From the NCBI GenBank assembly GCA_050742375.1, contig JBOGHY010000059.1, positions 1 to 46,133 on the forward strand: a DNA stretch of 46,133 bases. The letters run 5' to 3'. This document shows, in pieces, positions 15,683 to 23,870 of the stretch. The translations under genes and the position numbers were made by a program. The notes below the pieces were generated by a model. That model was not told where the DNA came from, ran no database searches, and saw nothing but the letters and a program-made list of their open reading frames with translations. Within the stretch, counting starts at the first letter, position 1; the number at the start of each line of letters is the position of its first letter. This stretch comes from Acidimicrobiales bacterium (GTDB lineage: Bacteria > Actinomycetota > Acidimicrobiia > Acidimicrobiales > Bog-793).

Positions 15683-16935
15683 GCGCCGACGTCGAAGATA
15701 TGTCGTGGCTCGTCCACCGCGTCGCCGGCTACGGGCTCCAAGGCGCCGCCGTGCAGCCCAGCGAGCCCTTCCTCGCCGCGCCTCTCCCGCCAGAGCGCTG
15801 GAGGCTCTTCCTCGACGAGGCGGGGTACGAGCGAGTCCTCGGCCTCGTCGCAGGCGCCGTCTCGAACGGCATGCTCGCAGTCACCGAGGAGCAGGCCGGC
15901 GAGCTCCACGAGCACCACGTGGCCCAGCTGTGCGGAGATCTCCTCCGTGAGGGCGAGCTCGTCGGGGTCGTGGCCCTGCTGAGCGAGTCAGGCCTCGACT
16001 ACCGGGTGCTGAAGGGAGCCGGCGTCGCCCATCTCGACTACCCGGACCCCGCCATGCGGTCTTTCTGCGACGTCGATCTGCTCGTTCGCTCCGACGAGTG
16101 GGACGAGGCGATGGCGGCGCTCCAGGCACATGGTTGGAGGCGCCAGTTCGGCGAACCCCGCCCCGGCTTCGACCGCCGCTTCGTGAAAGCCATGCTGCTG
16201 ACGCGAGACGGCGGAGCTTCTGAGCTCGATCTCCACCGCACTCTCGCCCTCGGCCCCTTCGGGCTCACCGTCGTTCTCGCGGATCTGTGGCAGCACCTCG
16301 AGCTCGTCAGCCTGGCAGGGATGCATGTCAGGGCGCTTGGTAGAACGGCGCGTTTCCTGCACGCCTGCCTCCACGCCGTTCTCGGGGACTACCCGCCTCG
16401 GGTCGTTCCCCTCCGCGACGTCGCCCAGATGCTCTTTTCGGGTCGTCTCGACGCCGAAGAAGTCGTCGCCATGGCGAGGGCTTGGCGGTCGGAGGCCGTT
16501 GTGAGGCGGGCGGTCGAGCTCGCCTGCGTCACTCTCGGCATCGGTGCCGGCGACGAGCTGGCCGAGGCTCTTTCGAGCATCGAGGCGCCGCGCCGACAGC
16601 TCCGGGCGCTCCGGTCGTACGAATCTCCGAGCCGGTCCTATGTGAGGCTCTGCGTGGAGGCGACGAGGGCCATCCCGCGACTGTCCGACAAGGCTCGCTA
16701 CCTAGTGGCGCTCGGCTTTCCAGATGCTGAGTTCGCCGCCGGGCGGTACTCCGGGCGGACCGAGCGGTGGTGGAGGGCTGCCCGAGTGCTGCTCAAAGCG
16801 AGACGCGGCAGCGGGCGGCGCTCGATCCCGAGAGCCCCCGAGGCGGCCGAGCCTCGGGCGGTGAGCCCCGAGCTAGCTCCGATCTCGCCCGGAAAAGACG
16901 TAGCGGGCTCCCCGGGCGTGGGCCAGATGGAGTAA
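15667..16935 (+). CDS. PF14907-type (NTP_transf_5) uncharacterised nucleotidyltransferase family protein
   Basis: 422 aa. The region LLSESGLDYRVLKGAGVAHLDYPDPAMRSFCDVDLLVRSDEWDEAMAALQAHGW matches the family core (KG..., R.F.D.DLLV) as recalled. An HMM check is needed. Confidence 0.65.
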   Translation: MTSSQGADVEDMSWLVHRVAGYGLQGAAVQPSEPFLAAPLPPERWRLFLDEAGYERVLGLVAGAVSNGMLAVTEEQAGELHEHHVAQLCGDLLREGELVGVVALLSESGLDYRVLKGAGVAHLDYPDPAMRSFCDVDLLVRSDEWDEAMAALQAHGWRRQFGEPRPGFDRRFVKAMLLTRDGGASELDLHRTLALGPFGLTVVLADLWQHLELVSLAGMHVRALGRTARFLHACLHAVLGDYPPRVVPLRDVAQMLFSGRLDAEEVVAMARAWRSEAVVRRAVELACVTLGIGAGDELAEALSSIEAPRRQLRALRSYESPSRSYVRLCVEATRAIPRLSDKARYLVALGFPDAEFAAGRYSGRTERWWRAARVLLKARRGSGRRSIPRAPEAAEPRAVSPELAPISPGKDVAGSPGVGQME

Positions 16936-16997
16936 CGAAGTTGATGCATCTTTCGTACCTCCCGGCCGGTCGCAGTCGTTACCCTTAGGACGGACAT

Positions 16998-17023
16998 GAG
17001 CCGCGCGGCAGCTGGCGCGGCTC
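16998..17023 (+). terminator. GC-rich stem-loop (9-bp stem, 8-nt loop) between the nucleotidyltransferase gene and the first leader-bearing small ORF
   Basis: GAGCCGCGC-GGCAGCTG-GCGCGGCTC forms a perfect 9-bp stem. It ends 7 nt before the GGAGGAAGG ribosome-binding site of the 17051 ORF. There is no U-tract, so it could be a terminator, a processing site or an attenuator. Confidence 0.4.
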
Positions 17024-17050
17024 CGCCTCGAGGAGGAAGGGTCGACGAAG

Positions 17051-17467
17051 ATGACTGACGAGGAGATCACCGAGAGCCTCGGGAGCTCGCGCTTTTCCCG
17101 CCGGAACCTGATCAAGGCCGGCGCCATCGTGGGCGGCACGGTCTGGGTCGCTCCCGTGATCGACAGCTTCATCAGCCCGGCGCTAGCGAGCTCGAGCAAC
17201 GCGTCCGGCTCCTCGTTCTGCTGCTCGTGCACGGGTCCCGTAACAGCGACGACAGCTACCGCCTGCGACCCGCCGACGCCGCCCGGGTTCAAGCCTATCC
17301 AGACGCTGGCTGCATGCATATCGTACTGCGCCGGCTACAGCACATATACCTTCTGTGTGGCGGCTCCCGGTAAAGGGTATTTTGGCTGCCCTGGTGGCCC
17401 GAGTAACAACATCTGCACTGCCGGTGGCGGAGCCACCTGCGGCGACTGCGTGACCGGTTCGACCTGA
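17051..17467 (+). CDS. small twin-arginine-leader protein with a Cys/Ser/Thr/Gly-rich C-terminal region (candidate modified substrate)
   Basis: 138 aa with a strong RBS (GGAGGAAGG). The Tat-like motif is SRRNLIKAGAIVGGTVWVAPVIDSF, followed by ALA-SSS. The last ~85 aa contain 11 Cys. It is a paralogue of the 19984 ORF in the leader only. Confidence 0.7.
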   Translation: MTDEEITESLGSSRFSRRNLIKAGAIVGGTVWVAPVIDSFISPALASSSNASGSSFCCSCTGPVTATTATACDPPTPPGFKPIQTLAACISYCAGYSTYTFCVAAPGKGYFGCPGGPSNNICTAGGGATCGDCVTGST

Positions 17468-17537
17468 GCCTGAGCCTCCGGCACCGACCGCGGGCAGCGA
17501 GGCCGTTCGAGCGCAAGCCTGAACGGGAGTTCCTAGA

Positions 17538-17562
17538 GCACCCCACTCAGCCTATGGGGTGC
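17538..17562. terminator. possible bidirectional hairpin between convergent genes (8-bp stem)
   Basis: GCACCCCA-CTCAGCCTA-TGGGGTGC overlaps the stop codon of the 17552-18403 gene and lies 71 nt after the 17051-17467 stop. Confidence 0.3.
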
Positions 17563-18403
17563 CGTTGGCGGCGAGCTGCGCCATAGTGGCGGCGATGGCG
17601 TCGCTGAGGCGGCCGACGCGCATGCGGTAGGCGAACCCGTTCTCCATCGTGTCTGCGAGGAGCTGAAGGGCGCCCCCGCCCACCTTGGCAAAGTTGAACG
17701 AGTTGGCGATCATCTCCACCACTGCCGCCGCCCGGCTGATCGGCTCGAGAGCCGTCTCTGATCCGGGTTCGTAGCGGGGGAAGATCACCCCGGCGACCGG
17801 CACCGGCGTGCCGATGGGATCGGGCCGGAGGCTCGCCGGATGCACCTGGCGCTTCCCGCTCGCCCTCTCGTCGAGCTCAGGGGAAAGTCGGCCCGCCAAT
17901 CCCGGCAGCAGCCCGATCGACGACTCGCTCATCAGCAGTGGCCTCGGGAAGGGCAGGAGACGAGCCGTCGACGGCTCGATGAGCGCCATGTCGTCGCTCA
18001 GGTACTGGCAACCTGCCCTCACGAGACCGGCCACCAGTGTCGTCTTGCCGGAGCCGGGACCTGCAGGAAGGAGCAGGCCTCTGCCCCCCAACGAGACCGC
18101 ACCCGCGTGCAGTGCGAGGAGGCCGTCGAGGCACTTGATGGCCGCCTGGTGGACCTCCCACAGCAGGCGGTCTATCGGTCCACTCAAGATCGTCTGGCCC
18201 AGCAGCTCTGCTCCGTCAAGGAAGAGCCGGTAGGGCTCGACCTCCTTCGGCTGGTAGGTGAGCCGGTAGTGCGGCGCCCCGGAGGTGGCGACCTCTTCGC
18301 ACAGGCTGAACGGCGCAAGAAGGCCCTCGACGAGCGACGTGTACGTCGGGTCGGTCGTGACGTCGAAGACGTAGCGGGCGGCTCGATAGCGTCTCTTCAG
18401 CAC
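17552..18403 (-). CDS. HPr-kinase C-terminal-domain-like P-loop protein (HprK-related kinase), copy A
   Basis: 283 aa. The core reads LALHAGAVSLGGRGLLLPAGPGSGKTTLVAGLVRAGCQYLSDDMALIE...LLPFPRPL, as in HprK-related kinases found with PqqD proteins. Confidence 0.75.
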   Translation of the reverse strand: MLKRRYRAARYVFDVTTDPTYTSLVEGLLAPFSLCEEVATSGAPHYRLTYQPKEVEPYRLFLDGAELLGQTILSGPIDRLLWEVHQAAIKCLDGLLALHAGAVSLGGRGLLLPAGPGSGKTTLVAGLVRAGCQYLSDDMALIEPSTARLLPFPRPLLMSESSIGLLPGLAGRLSPELDERASGKRQVHPASLRPDPIGTPVPVAGVIFPRYEPGSETALEPISRAAAVVEMIANSFNFAKVGGGALQLLADTMENGFAYRMRVGRLSDAIAATMAQLAANGTP

Positions 18404-18405
18404 GT

Positions 18406-19344
18406 GTGCATCACGCCTACTCTATGGCCGTGACTAGGGGCCAGACCGGGGCAGAAGGCCGGCGGCTGAGCGACGACCCAACGAGCGCCTTTTGCCGAGA
18501 TCGGGTCACCTACGAGCGGTGCTACGAGCTGTGCAAGTTCGCCTGCCTGGTGCAAAGCAATGACCCCGAGCTGAGAAGACTCGTCGAGCTGCTGCTGGGC
18601 CCCTTTGCGGCATCGAAGAGCGCGGGCTCCTCGGGACGAACCTACCTGATATCGCGGACCGGCCCGGAGCGCGTGTCACTGCAGGCGGACGGCGAGGTGG
18701 TCCTGAGCGACGTCCTGGCTTTCGAAGTCTTCCACTTCCTGCTCTGGGACGTGAGCCAGCGGGCGATCTCATCTGAGAACGAGCATCTGGCGCTCCACGC
18801 CGGTTGCGTCGTACGTGGTGGTCGGGGGCTCGTGCTGCCGGCGCCGTCGGGCTCGGGGAAGTCGACCCTCACCGCCGGGCTCGTCGCAGCGGGTTGTGAC
18901 TACCTGAGCGACGAGGTGGCCCTCCTCGACCTCTCCACGGGGATGCTCCGCCCCTTTCCGCGGCCGCTCGGGATGTCGCAGCGGGCGATCGGTTTCCTGC
19001 CCGGGCTCGAAGGTCGCCTGCCGCCGGAGCTGACGATCGGAGACCGACCCGAGGGTCACGTCCCGCCGGCCGCCATCCGCCCTAACCCCCTCGGCGGGCC
19101 GTGCGAGCTCGCCTACGTGATCGTCCCCGAGCACGTCCCCGGCGGCCCCACGCGGCTCGAGCCGATCCGGAGAAGCGAGGCCGTCCTCGCCATGGTCGGA
19201 AACGCCTTCAACTTCGGCCGGTTCAAAGGCGCCGGCCTTGTCGCCCTCGGACCGATCCTGCAGGGCGTCCGGCCCTACCGTCTGAGAATGGGGGATCTCG
19301 AAGAGGCGGTGGCCCTGGTGATGTCGGCCATGGTGCTCCCATAG
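18406..19344 (+). CDS. HPr-kinase C-terminal-domain-like P-loop protein (HprK-related kinase), copy B
   Basis: 312-aa ORF. The core reads LALHAGCVVRGGRGLVLPAPSGSGKSTLTAGLVAAGCDYLSDEVALLD...LRPFPRPL. The start is uncertain: the annotated start lies 2 nt from the divergent copy A start. Confidence 0.75.
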   Translation: MHHAYSMAVTRGQTGAEGRRLSDDPTSAFCRDRVTYERCYELCKFACLVQSNDPELRRLVELLLGPFAASKSAGSSGRTYLISRTGPERVSLQADGEVVLSDVLAFEVFHFLLWDVSQRAISSENEHLALHAGCVVRGGRGLVLPAPSGSGKSTLTAGLVAAGCDYLSDEVALLDLSTGMLRPFPRPLGMSQRAIGFLPGLEGRLPPELTIGDRPEGHVPPAAIRPNPLGGPCELAYVIVPEHVPGGPTRLEPIRRSEAVLAMVGNAFNFGRFKGAGLVALGPILQGVRPYRLRMGDLEEAVALVMSAMVLP

Positions 19345-19355
19345 AGCCGAGCCGC

Positions 19356-19703
19356 TCAGCCGGAGAGGCCCGCCTCCTTGCTGCTCGGCTCCCCCTCGGC
19401 GCGCTCCAACAGACCGAGAGCGCAGAGCTCCCGAGCGAGGGCGAGGAGGTCGGGCAGGACCACGCCTGGGCTCGTTCCGTACGCCTCGGCGAGCTCCTCC
19501 GCCAGCTCGTTTAGGCGGGACTGCCCGTCGAAGAGGCTCCAGGCGAGTGACCCGGTCGGGTTGAGCAGGTGCGTCGTCTCGGTTGTCTCGTCGTAGACGA
19601 CCGACTCGCCGTCGATCTCGAGGCTTGCCACCCCGGGTCGCCGGCGACCGACGAAACTGGCATCGACCGCGCTCCTCGGCTCGGAAGCTTCCTGTGCGCT
19701 CAT
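19356..19703 (-). CDS. PqqD-family protein, copy 3
   Basis: The sequence ...LEIDGESVVYDETTETTHLLNPTGSLAWSLFDGQSRLNELAEELAEAYGTSPGVVLPDLLALARELCALGLL fits the PqqD pattern. ATG 19703 is preferred over the longer 19874 ORF. Confidence 0.7.
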   Translation of the reverse strand: MSAQEASEPRSAVDASFVGRRRPGVASLEIDGESVVYDETTETTHLLNPTGSLAWSLFDGQSRLNELAEELAEAYGTSPGVVLPDLLALARELCALGLLERAEGEPSSKEAGLSG

Positions 19704-19983
19704 CTGGCCGACAATGCTAGGGCGAGGCGCTAGGATTCTCTGCGTGCGTAGGCTGCGCCAACCGCCCGGTGGTGGGTTCGCCCGGCTCGGTCTGCGTCTC
19801 AGATGGCCCACACGGGTGCACCCTAGGCCGCACAGGCCCAACATCTGAGCACCACGGAAGGCGGCAGTGTACATTCTCCGAGACGCGCTTGCCTAGAGTC
19901 ACCGGTGCAGCTTCACGCGGGAAGGGATTTTCTCCGTGGAGGAGCCCTAGGCGCACAGGACCGGCGTCGGAAGGAGCCAAGTC

Positions 19984-20580
19984 ATGGACACCACCACGGA
20001 GACTGACACCGAAGAGCACAGCTCGCGGGGGCTCTCGCGACGCGATCTGATGAAGGCCGGCGCCGTAGTCGGCGGCGCCGTCTGGGTGGCGCCGGTCATC
20101 GACAGCTTTGTCAACCGAGCGGCGGCGGTCTCGGGTTCTCCGACGGGGGGACTTAGCTCCGGGTGCTCCTGGAGCTATGTCGTCTGGAGGTATACGGCCG
20201 ACGAAACTACGGTGTATTACACGGGCTTCAAGGCTGACAAGTGCGACAACGACAACAGCAGCCAGTCTGCCGATAACGCTTCACAGGTTTCAACAAGCTG
20301 CCCCACTGACACATATACGTTGGTACCTGGCCACCCCCGGCCTACGGTCACCTATGGCACTACTGTGCCCCCGAGCCCCAATACCCAGCCGCTCGCCACG
20401 CTCACGCAAGTGTGTAGCAACTTTTCCGGCGCGGGCTCGGGAAAGAACGCACAGATCACTGCGGGGACTGGCGTCGAGATATTGGCCATCTTCAGCTTCG
20501 GCGCCAGTTATGTTACGGGCGTGTGTCCAAATCAGACAGGTGGGGGCAACAGCATCGACGTGCTATGTGGTGGTCAATAG
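19984..20580 (+). CDS. small twin-arginine-leader protein with a Ser/Thr/Gly-rich, 6-Cys C-terminal region (candidate modified substrate)
   Basis: 198 aa with RBS GGAAGGAG. The leader SRRDLMKAGAVVGGAVWVAPVIDSF is 21/25 identical to that of the 17051 ORF. The remainder is unrelated to it. Confidence 0.7.
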   Translation: MDTTTETDTEEHSSRGLSRRDLMKAGAVVGGAVWVAPVIDSFVNRAAAVSGSPTGGLSSGCSWSYVVWRYTADETTVYYTGFKADKCDNDNSSQSADNASQVSTSCPTDTYTLVPGHPRPTVTYGTTVPPSPNTQPLATLTQVCSNFSGAGSGKNAQITAGTGVEILAIFSFGASYVTGVCPNQTGGGNSIDVLCGGQ

Positions 20581-20739
20581 GGATATGGACGGCGGCCCGG
20601 TAGTTTGTTGCCCAGCCACGGTGCCGGAGCCCTATCGCAGATACGGTCGCACTGGCTAACTGAGGGCAGCCTCGTGCCCGTGGCTTGAATCGCGTCACTG
20701 ACCTGTGCCGTGGCTCCCGATGAAGACTGATCAGAGGCA

Positions 20740-21924
20740 GTGAGCACTGGAGCGTCTGCCGTTCGAGCCGGCTCATCATCGACCGAGTCGCGAGTGGTGG
20801 TGCTGCATCTCATCAAGAGCCTCAGCGGCGTCGGCGGCGCCGAGCAGCTCTTGCTGTCGCTCACCGCCGCGGGCGATCGCAAAAGCTTCGAGTACCACGT
20901 CGCTCACGTGCTCGTTGCGCCGTCGGGACACCTGGTCGAAAGGTTCGAGGCCGCAGGCGTGGAACTGCACGACCTCGGCGTCTCCACTCACTACGACATG
21001 CGATGGCTCGGAAGGCTCCGGCGCCTGCTCGTCGGGCGCCGGGTTGCAATCCTTCACGTCCACCTGCCCTACGCGGCGGGCTTCGGTCGCCTCGTCGCCC
21101 ATTCGGTCCGACCACGTCCTCGAGTCGTCCACACCCAGCACAACATCTGGGGGGAGAACCCGATGGCGACCCAGGTGCTCCATCGCCTCACCTGCCGTCT
21201 CGACGACGCCGACATCGCCGTGTCGCAGGCGGCATGGTCGGTGCTCCCGCCGAGGCTGCGGTCGAGGACAGAGGTGGTCGTGCACGGCCTCTCGATGGCT
21301 GAGCTCGACGCCCCTCGGCGGTCGAGAGACGAGATCAGGGCCGAATTCGGCCTGCGCCCGGGCGAGGCGCTCGTGACGACCGTGGCCAACCTGAGGCAGG
21401 AGAAGGGCTACGACGTCCTGCTCGGGGCCGCCAGGCAGCTACTCGAAGAGGGGTTGGCGGCTCGCTTCGTCGCCGTCGGAGCGGGCCCTTTGGCAGACGA
21501 GGTGGCCAGGCGCAGAGACGGCCTCGCCCTCGGAGACCGGTTCGTGCTCGCCGGCTTCCGTGCCGACGCCAAGGAGATAGTCGCCGCCTCCGATCTGTTC
21601 GTGCTCGCCTCCTACCACGAGGGCTTCCCCGTCGCAGTGATGGAGGCGCTCGCTCTCGGGGTGCCGGTGGTCTCGACCGCGGTCGGCGACGTGCCGCTTG
21701 CCATCGGCAGGACCAGGAGCGGTCTCGTGGTGCCGCCCGGCGACTCGAGCTCGCTGGCGGGGGCCATGAGGACGCTGTTGCTCGACGGGGCGCTTCGAGA
21801 ACAGATGGCTGCGGCGGCTCTGGCGTCCCGGCCAGACTTCGACGTGAGGCGGGCCGTCGGACGGGTCGAGGCGATCTACCGGGGCCTGCTCGGCATCGCC
21901 GCCCCCACGTCTCAGGTCCGGTAG
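20740..21924 (+). CDS. glycosyltransferase family 4
   Basis: GT4 motifs are present: VVLHLIKSLSGVGGAEQ and YHEGFPVAVMEALALGVPVVSTAVGDVP...GLVVPPGD. The likely true start is one of the GTGs at 20794-20802. The 3' end overlaps the convergent asnB-like gene by 13 nt. Confidence 0.85.
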   Translation: MSTGASAVRAGSSSTESRVVVLHLIKSLSGVGGAEQLLLSLTAAGDRKSFEYHVAHVLVAPSGHLVERFEAAGVELHDLGVSTHYDMRWLGRLRRLLVGRRVAILHVHLPYAAGFGRLVAHSVRPRPRVVHTQHNIWGENPMATQVLHRLTCRLDDADIAVSQAAWSVLPPRLRSRTEVVVHGLSMAELDAPRRSRDEIRAEFGLRPGEALVTTVANLRQEKGYDVLLGAARQLLEEGLAARFVAVGAGPLADEVARRRDGLALGDRFVLAGFRADAKEIVAASDLFVLASYHEGFPVAVMEALALGVPVVSTAVGDVPLAIGRTRSGLVVPPGDSSSLAGAMRTLLLDGALREQMAAAALASRPDFDVRRAVGRVEAIYRGLLGIAAPTSQVR

Positions 21925-23870
21925 GTCTCCAGCCACTGCTCGAACATGAGGACCGCCCAAAGCTTGTCGGTGCGGTCACCAGTGCCGCCGAGGTGCTCCT
22001 GCCAGCAGGAGTGTACGGCGGCCGAGTCGAGGTATCCCTCGGCGTCGAGCCGCTCCCTCGCGAGGAGCTCGTCCGCCCAGCTTCGCAGCGGCCCGCGCAG
22101 CCAGGCGCCGATCGGGAGCCCGAAGCCGGACTTCGGCCGCTCGACGAGGTCGCTTGGGACGTGGCGGCGGAGCAGTTCACGCAGGATCCACTTGCCCGTA
22201 GTGCCTTTGATCTTGACCTCGGCGGGGATCCGCCAGGCGAGCTCGACCACGCGGTGGTCGAGCATCGGCACGCGGCTCTCCAGGCTGACCGCCATGGTGG
22301 CCCTGTCGAGCTTCACCAAGATGTCGTCCGGGAGGTAGCTGACGAGGTCGAGGTACATCATGCGCGAGGCCTCGTCGTCGAGCTCGATCGGGACTGGCGG
22401 GAGGCCGAAGGGGTCCTCCGGCTCGCGGCCGAGCATGGGCAGGCTCCCCTCCTGCCAGGTGGAGGCCACCATCCGGTAGAGCGCATCGGTGCCGTTGACC
22501 GCCAGCACGCGTGCGAGCTTTTGCACCTTGATCCCGGGTATTCGCATGCGCGCCCGGCGGGGAAGCAGGGCTCCAAAGCGGGCAAAGAAGGCGTCCCAGC
22601 TCGAAGGAGAGGGCGCCGTGAGAATGCGTGCAAGTGCCCTCCGGAAGGGGTCGGGCACCCGGCCCATGGCCCGAAGGATCGGCGGGCCGAAGGTGTGCCG
22701 GTTGTAGCCGCCGAAGAGCTCGTCTCCCCCGTCCCCAGATAGCGCCACGGTGACCTGTCCACGGGCGAGCCTGCTAACGAGGTAGGTGGGTATCTGCGAG
22801 GAGTCGGCGAAAGGCTCGTCGTAGATGTGCGCCAGCTTGGCGATCACCTCGCGGGTGTCCGGCGCGCTCAGGAGCAGCTCGGTGTGCTCGGTGCCGAGGT
22901 GGCGGGCGACAGCTGCAGCATGGCGCGACTCGTCGTAGGCGGGGTCCTGCGAGCCGATCGTGAAGCTGCGCACGGCCCCGCCCGCCCGGGAGCACATCAA
23001 CGCGACGACCGTGGAAGAGTCGATGCCGCCCGAGAGGAAGACGCCGACTGGGACATCCGCGTTGAGGCGTAGCTCGACGGCGTCTCCGAGCGTCTCCTCC
23101 AGGGTGTCGACGAGCTCTGGCACCGGTGCGCGAAGCGGATGCGAGGCTCCCTCGGCCGCCACCTCAGCGGCGGACCAGTACGCCCTCGCCGCCTCCGGCC
23201 CTCGACCCGGGGCCCCGGCCGGAACGACGAGGAGGGTTCCCGGCCGCAGCTTGAAGACGCCTTCGTAGATCGTGTGAGGTGCCGGAACCCGGCTGAGGGC
23301 GAAGTAGAGGGCGAGCGCCGCTCTGTCGAGCTCGGGCCGGAATCCCGGGAAGGATAAAAGCGCCTTCAGCTCCGAGCCGAAGACGAGGACCGAGCCCGCC
23401 CAGCCGAAGTAGAGGGGCTTTTCGCCGAGGCGATCGCGGGCCAAGGTCAGGGCGCCTTCGCGCCGGTCCCACAGCGCGAAGGCGAACATCCCGTTCAGCT
23501 CCGAGAGAGCCTTGTCGATCCCCCAGTGCTCGATCGCCGAGAGCAGCACCTCGGTGTCCGAATGCCCGCTGTAGCGGGCTCCGAGCCCCTCGAGGCGGTG
23601 GCGCAGGGAGGCGAAGTTGTAGATCTCGCCGTTGTAGGCAAGGACGTAGCGCCCGCTCTCCGAGGTCATCGGCTGGTGTCCCTCGGCGGACAGGTCGATC
23701 ACGGCGAGGCGCCGCGAGCCGAGCGCCACCCCGGCATCTGGGTCGGCCCATGTCCCAGCGTCGTCGGGTCCACGGTGCACCAAAGTGGCCGCCATCGCGG
23801 CCGCCGTCGCCTTCAGGGCGCCGGCGTCGTGCTGCTGGCGGAGGTCGAAAAGCCCGGCGAAGCCGCACAC
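21912..23870 (-). CDS. asnB: asparagine synthase (glutamine-hydrolysing)-family amidotransferase
   Basis: A GTG start directly precedes the Ntn nucleophile Cys (V/M-CGFAGLF). The Gn-AT II domain (RGPDD, LAYNGEIYN) and the PP-loop VGVFLSGGIDSS are present. It is 652 aa from GTG 23870; the track ORF extends to 24134 without family support. Confidence 0.9.
   Translation of the reverse strand: MCGFAGLFDLRQQHDAGALKATAAAMAATLVHRGPDDAGTWADPDAGVALGSRRLAVIDLSAEGHQPMTSESGRYVLAYNGEIYNFASLRHRLEGLGARYSGHSDTEVLLSAIEHWGIDKALSELNGMFAFALWDRREGALTLARDRLGEKPLYFGWAGSVLVFGSELKALLSFPGFRPELDRAALALYFALSRVPAPHTIYEGVFKLRPGTLLVVPAGAPGRGPEAARAYWSAAEVAAEGASHPLRAPVPELVDTLEETLGDAVELRLNADVPVGVFLSGGIDSSTVVALMCSRAGGAVRSFTIGSQDPAYDESRHAAAVARHLGTEHTELLLSAPDTREVIAKLAHIYDEPFADSSQIPTYLVSRLARGQVTVALSGDGGDELFGGYNRHTFGPPILRAMGRVPDPFRRALARILTAPSPSSWDAFFARFGALLPRRARMRIPGIKVQKLARVLAVNGTDALYRMVASTWQEGSLPMLGREPEDPFGLPPVPIELDDEASRMMYLDLVSYLPDDILVKLDRATMAVSLESRVPMLDHRVVELAWRIPAEVKIKGTTGKWILRELLRRHVPSDLVERPKSGFGLPIGAWLRGPLRSWADELLARERLDAEGYLDSAAVHSCWQEHLGGTGDRTDKLWAVLMFEQWLETYRT

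Noticed and set aside
17051-17467. Lanthipeptide or thiopeptide precursor, suggested by the Cys/Ser/Thr-rich C-terminal region
   Set aside because: No LanB/LanC/LanM/LanKC, YcaO, radical SAM or dehydrogenase genes occur anywhere in the window. The composition alone is not diagnostic.
13212-23870. Lasso-peptide biosynthetic cluster (PqqD = B1, asparagine-synthase homologue = cyclase, HprK-like kinase and PF14907 protein as tailoring enzymes)
   Set aside because: The AsnB homologue keeps the N-terminal nucleophile Cys directly after its start codon and has a full glutaminase domain, unlike lasso cyclases. No transglutaminase-like B2 protease is present. The candidate substrates are 138 and 198 aa with Tat-like leaders, far from lasso precursor architecture. 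The AsnB gene fits better as an EPS-locus amidotransferase.
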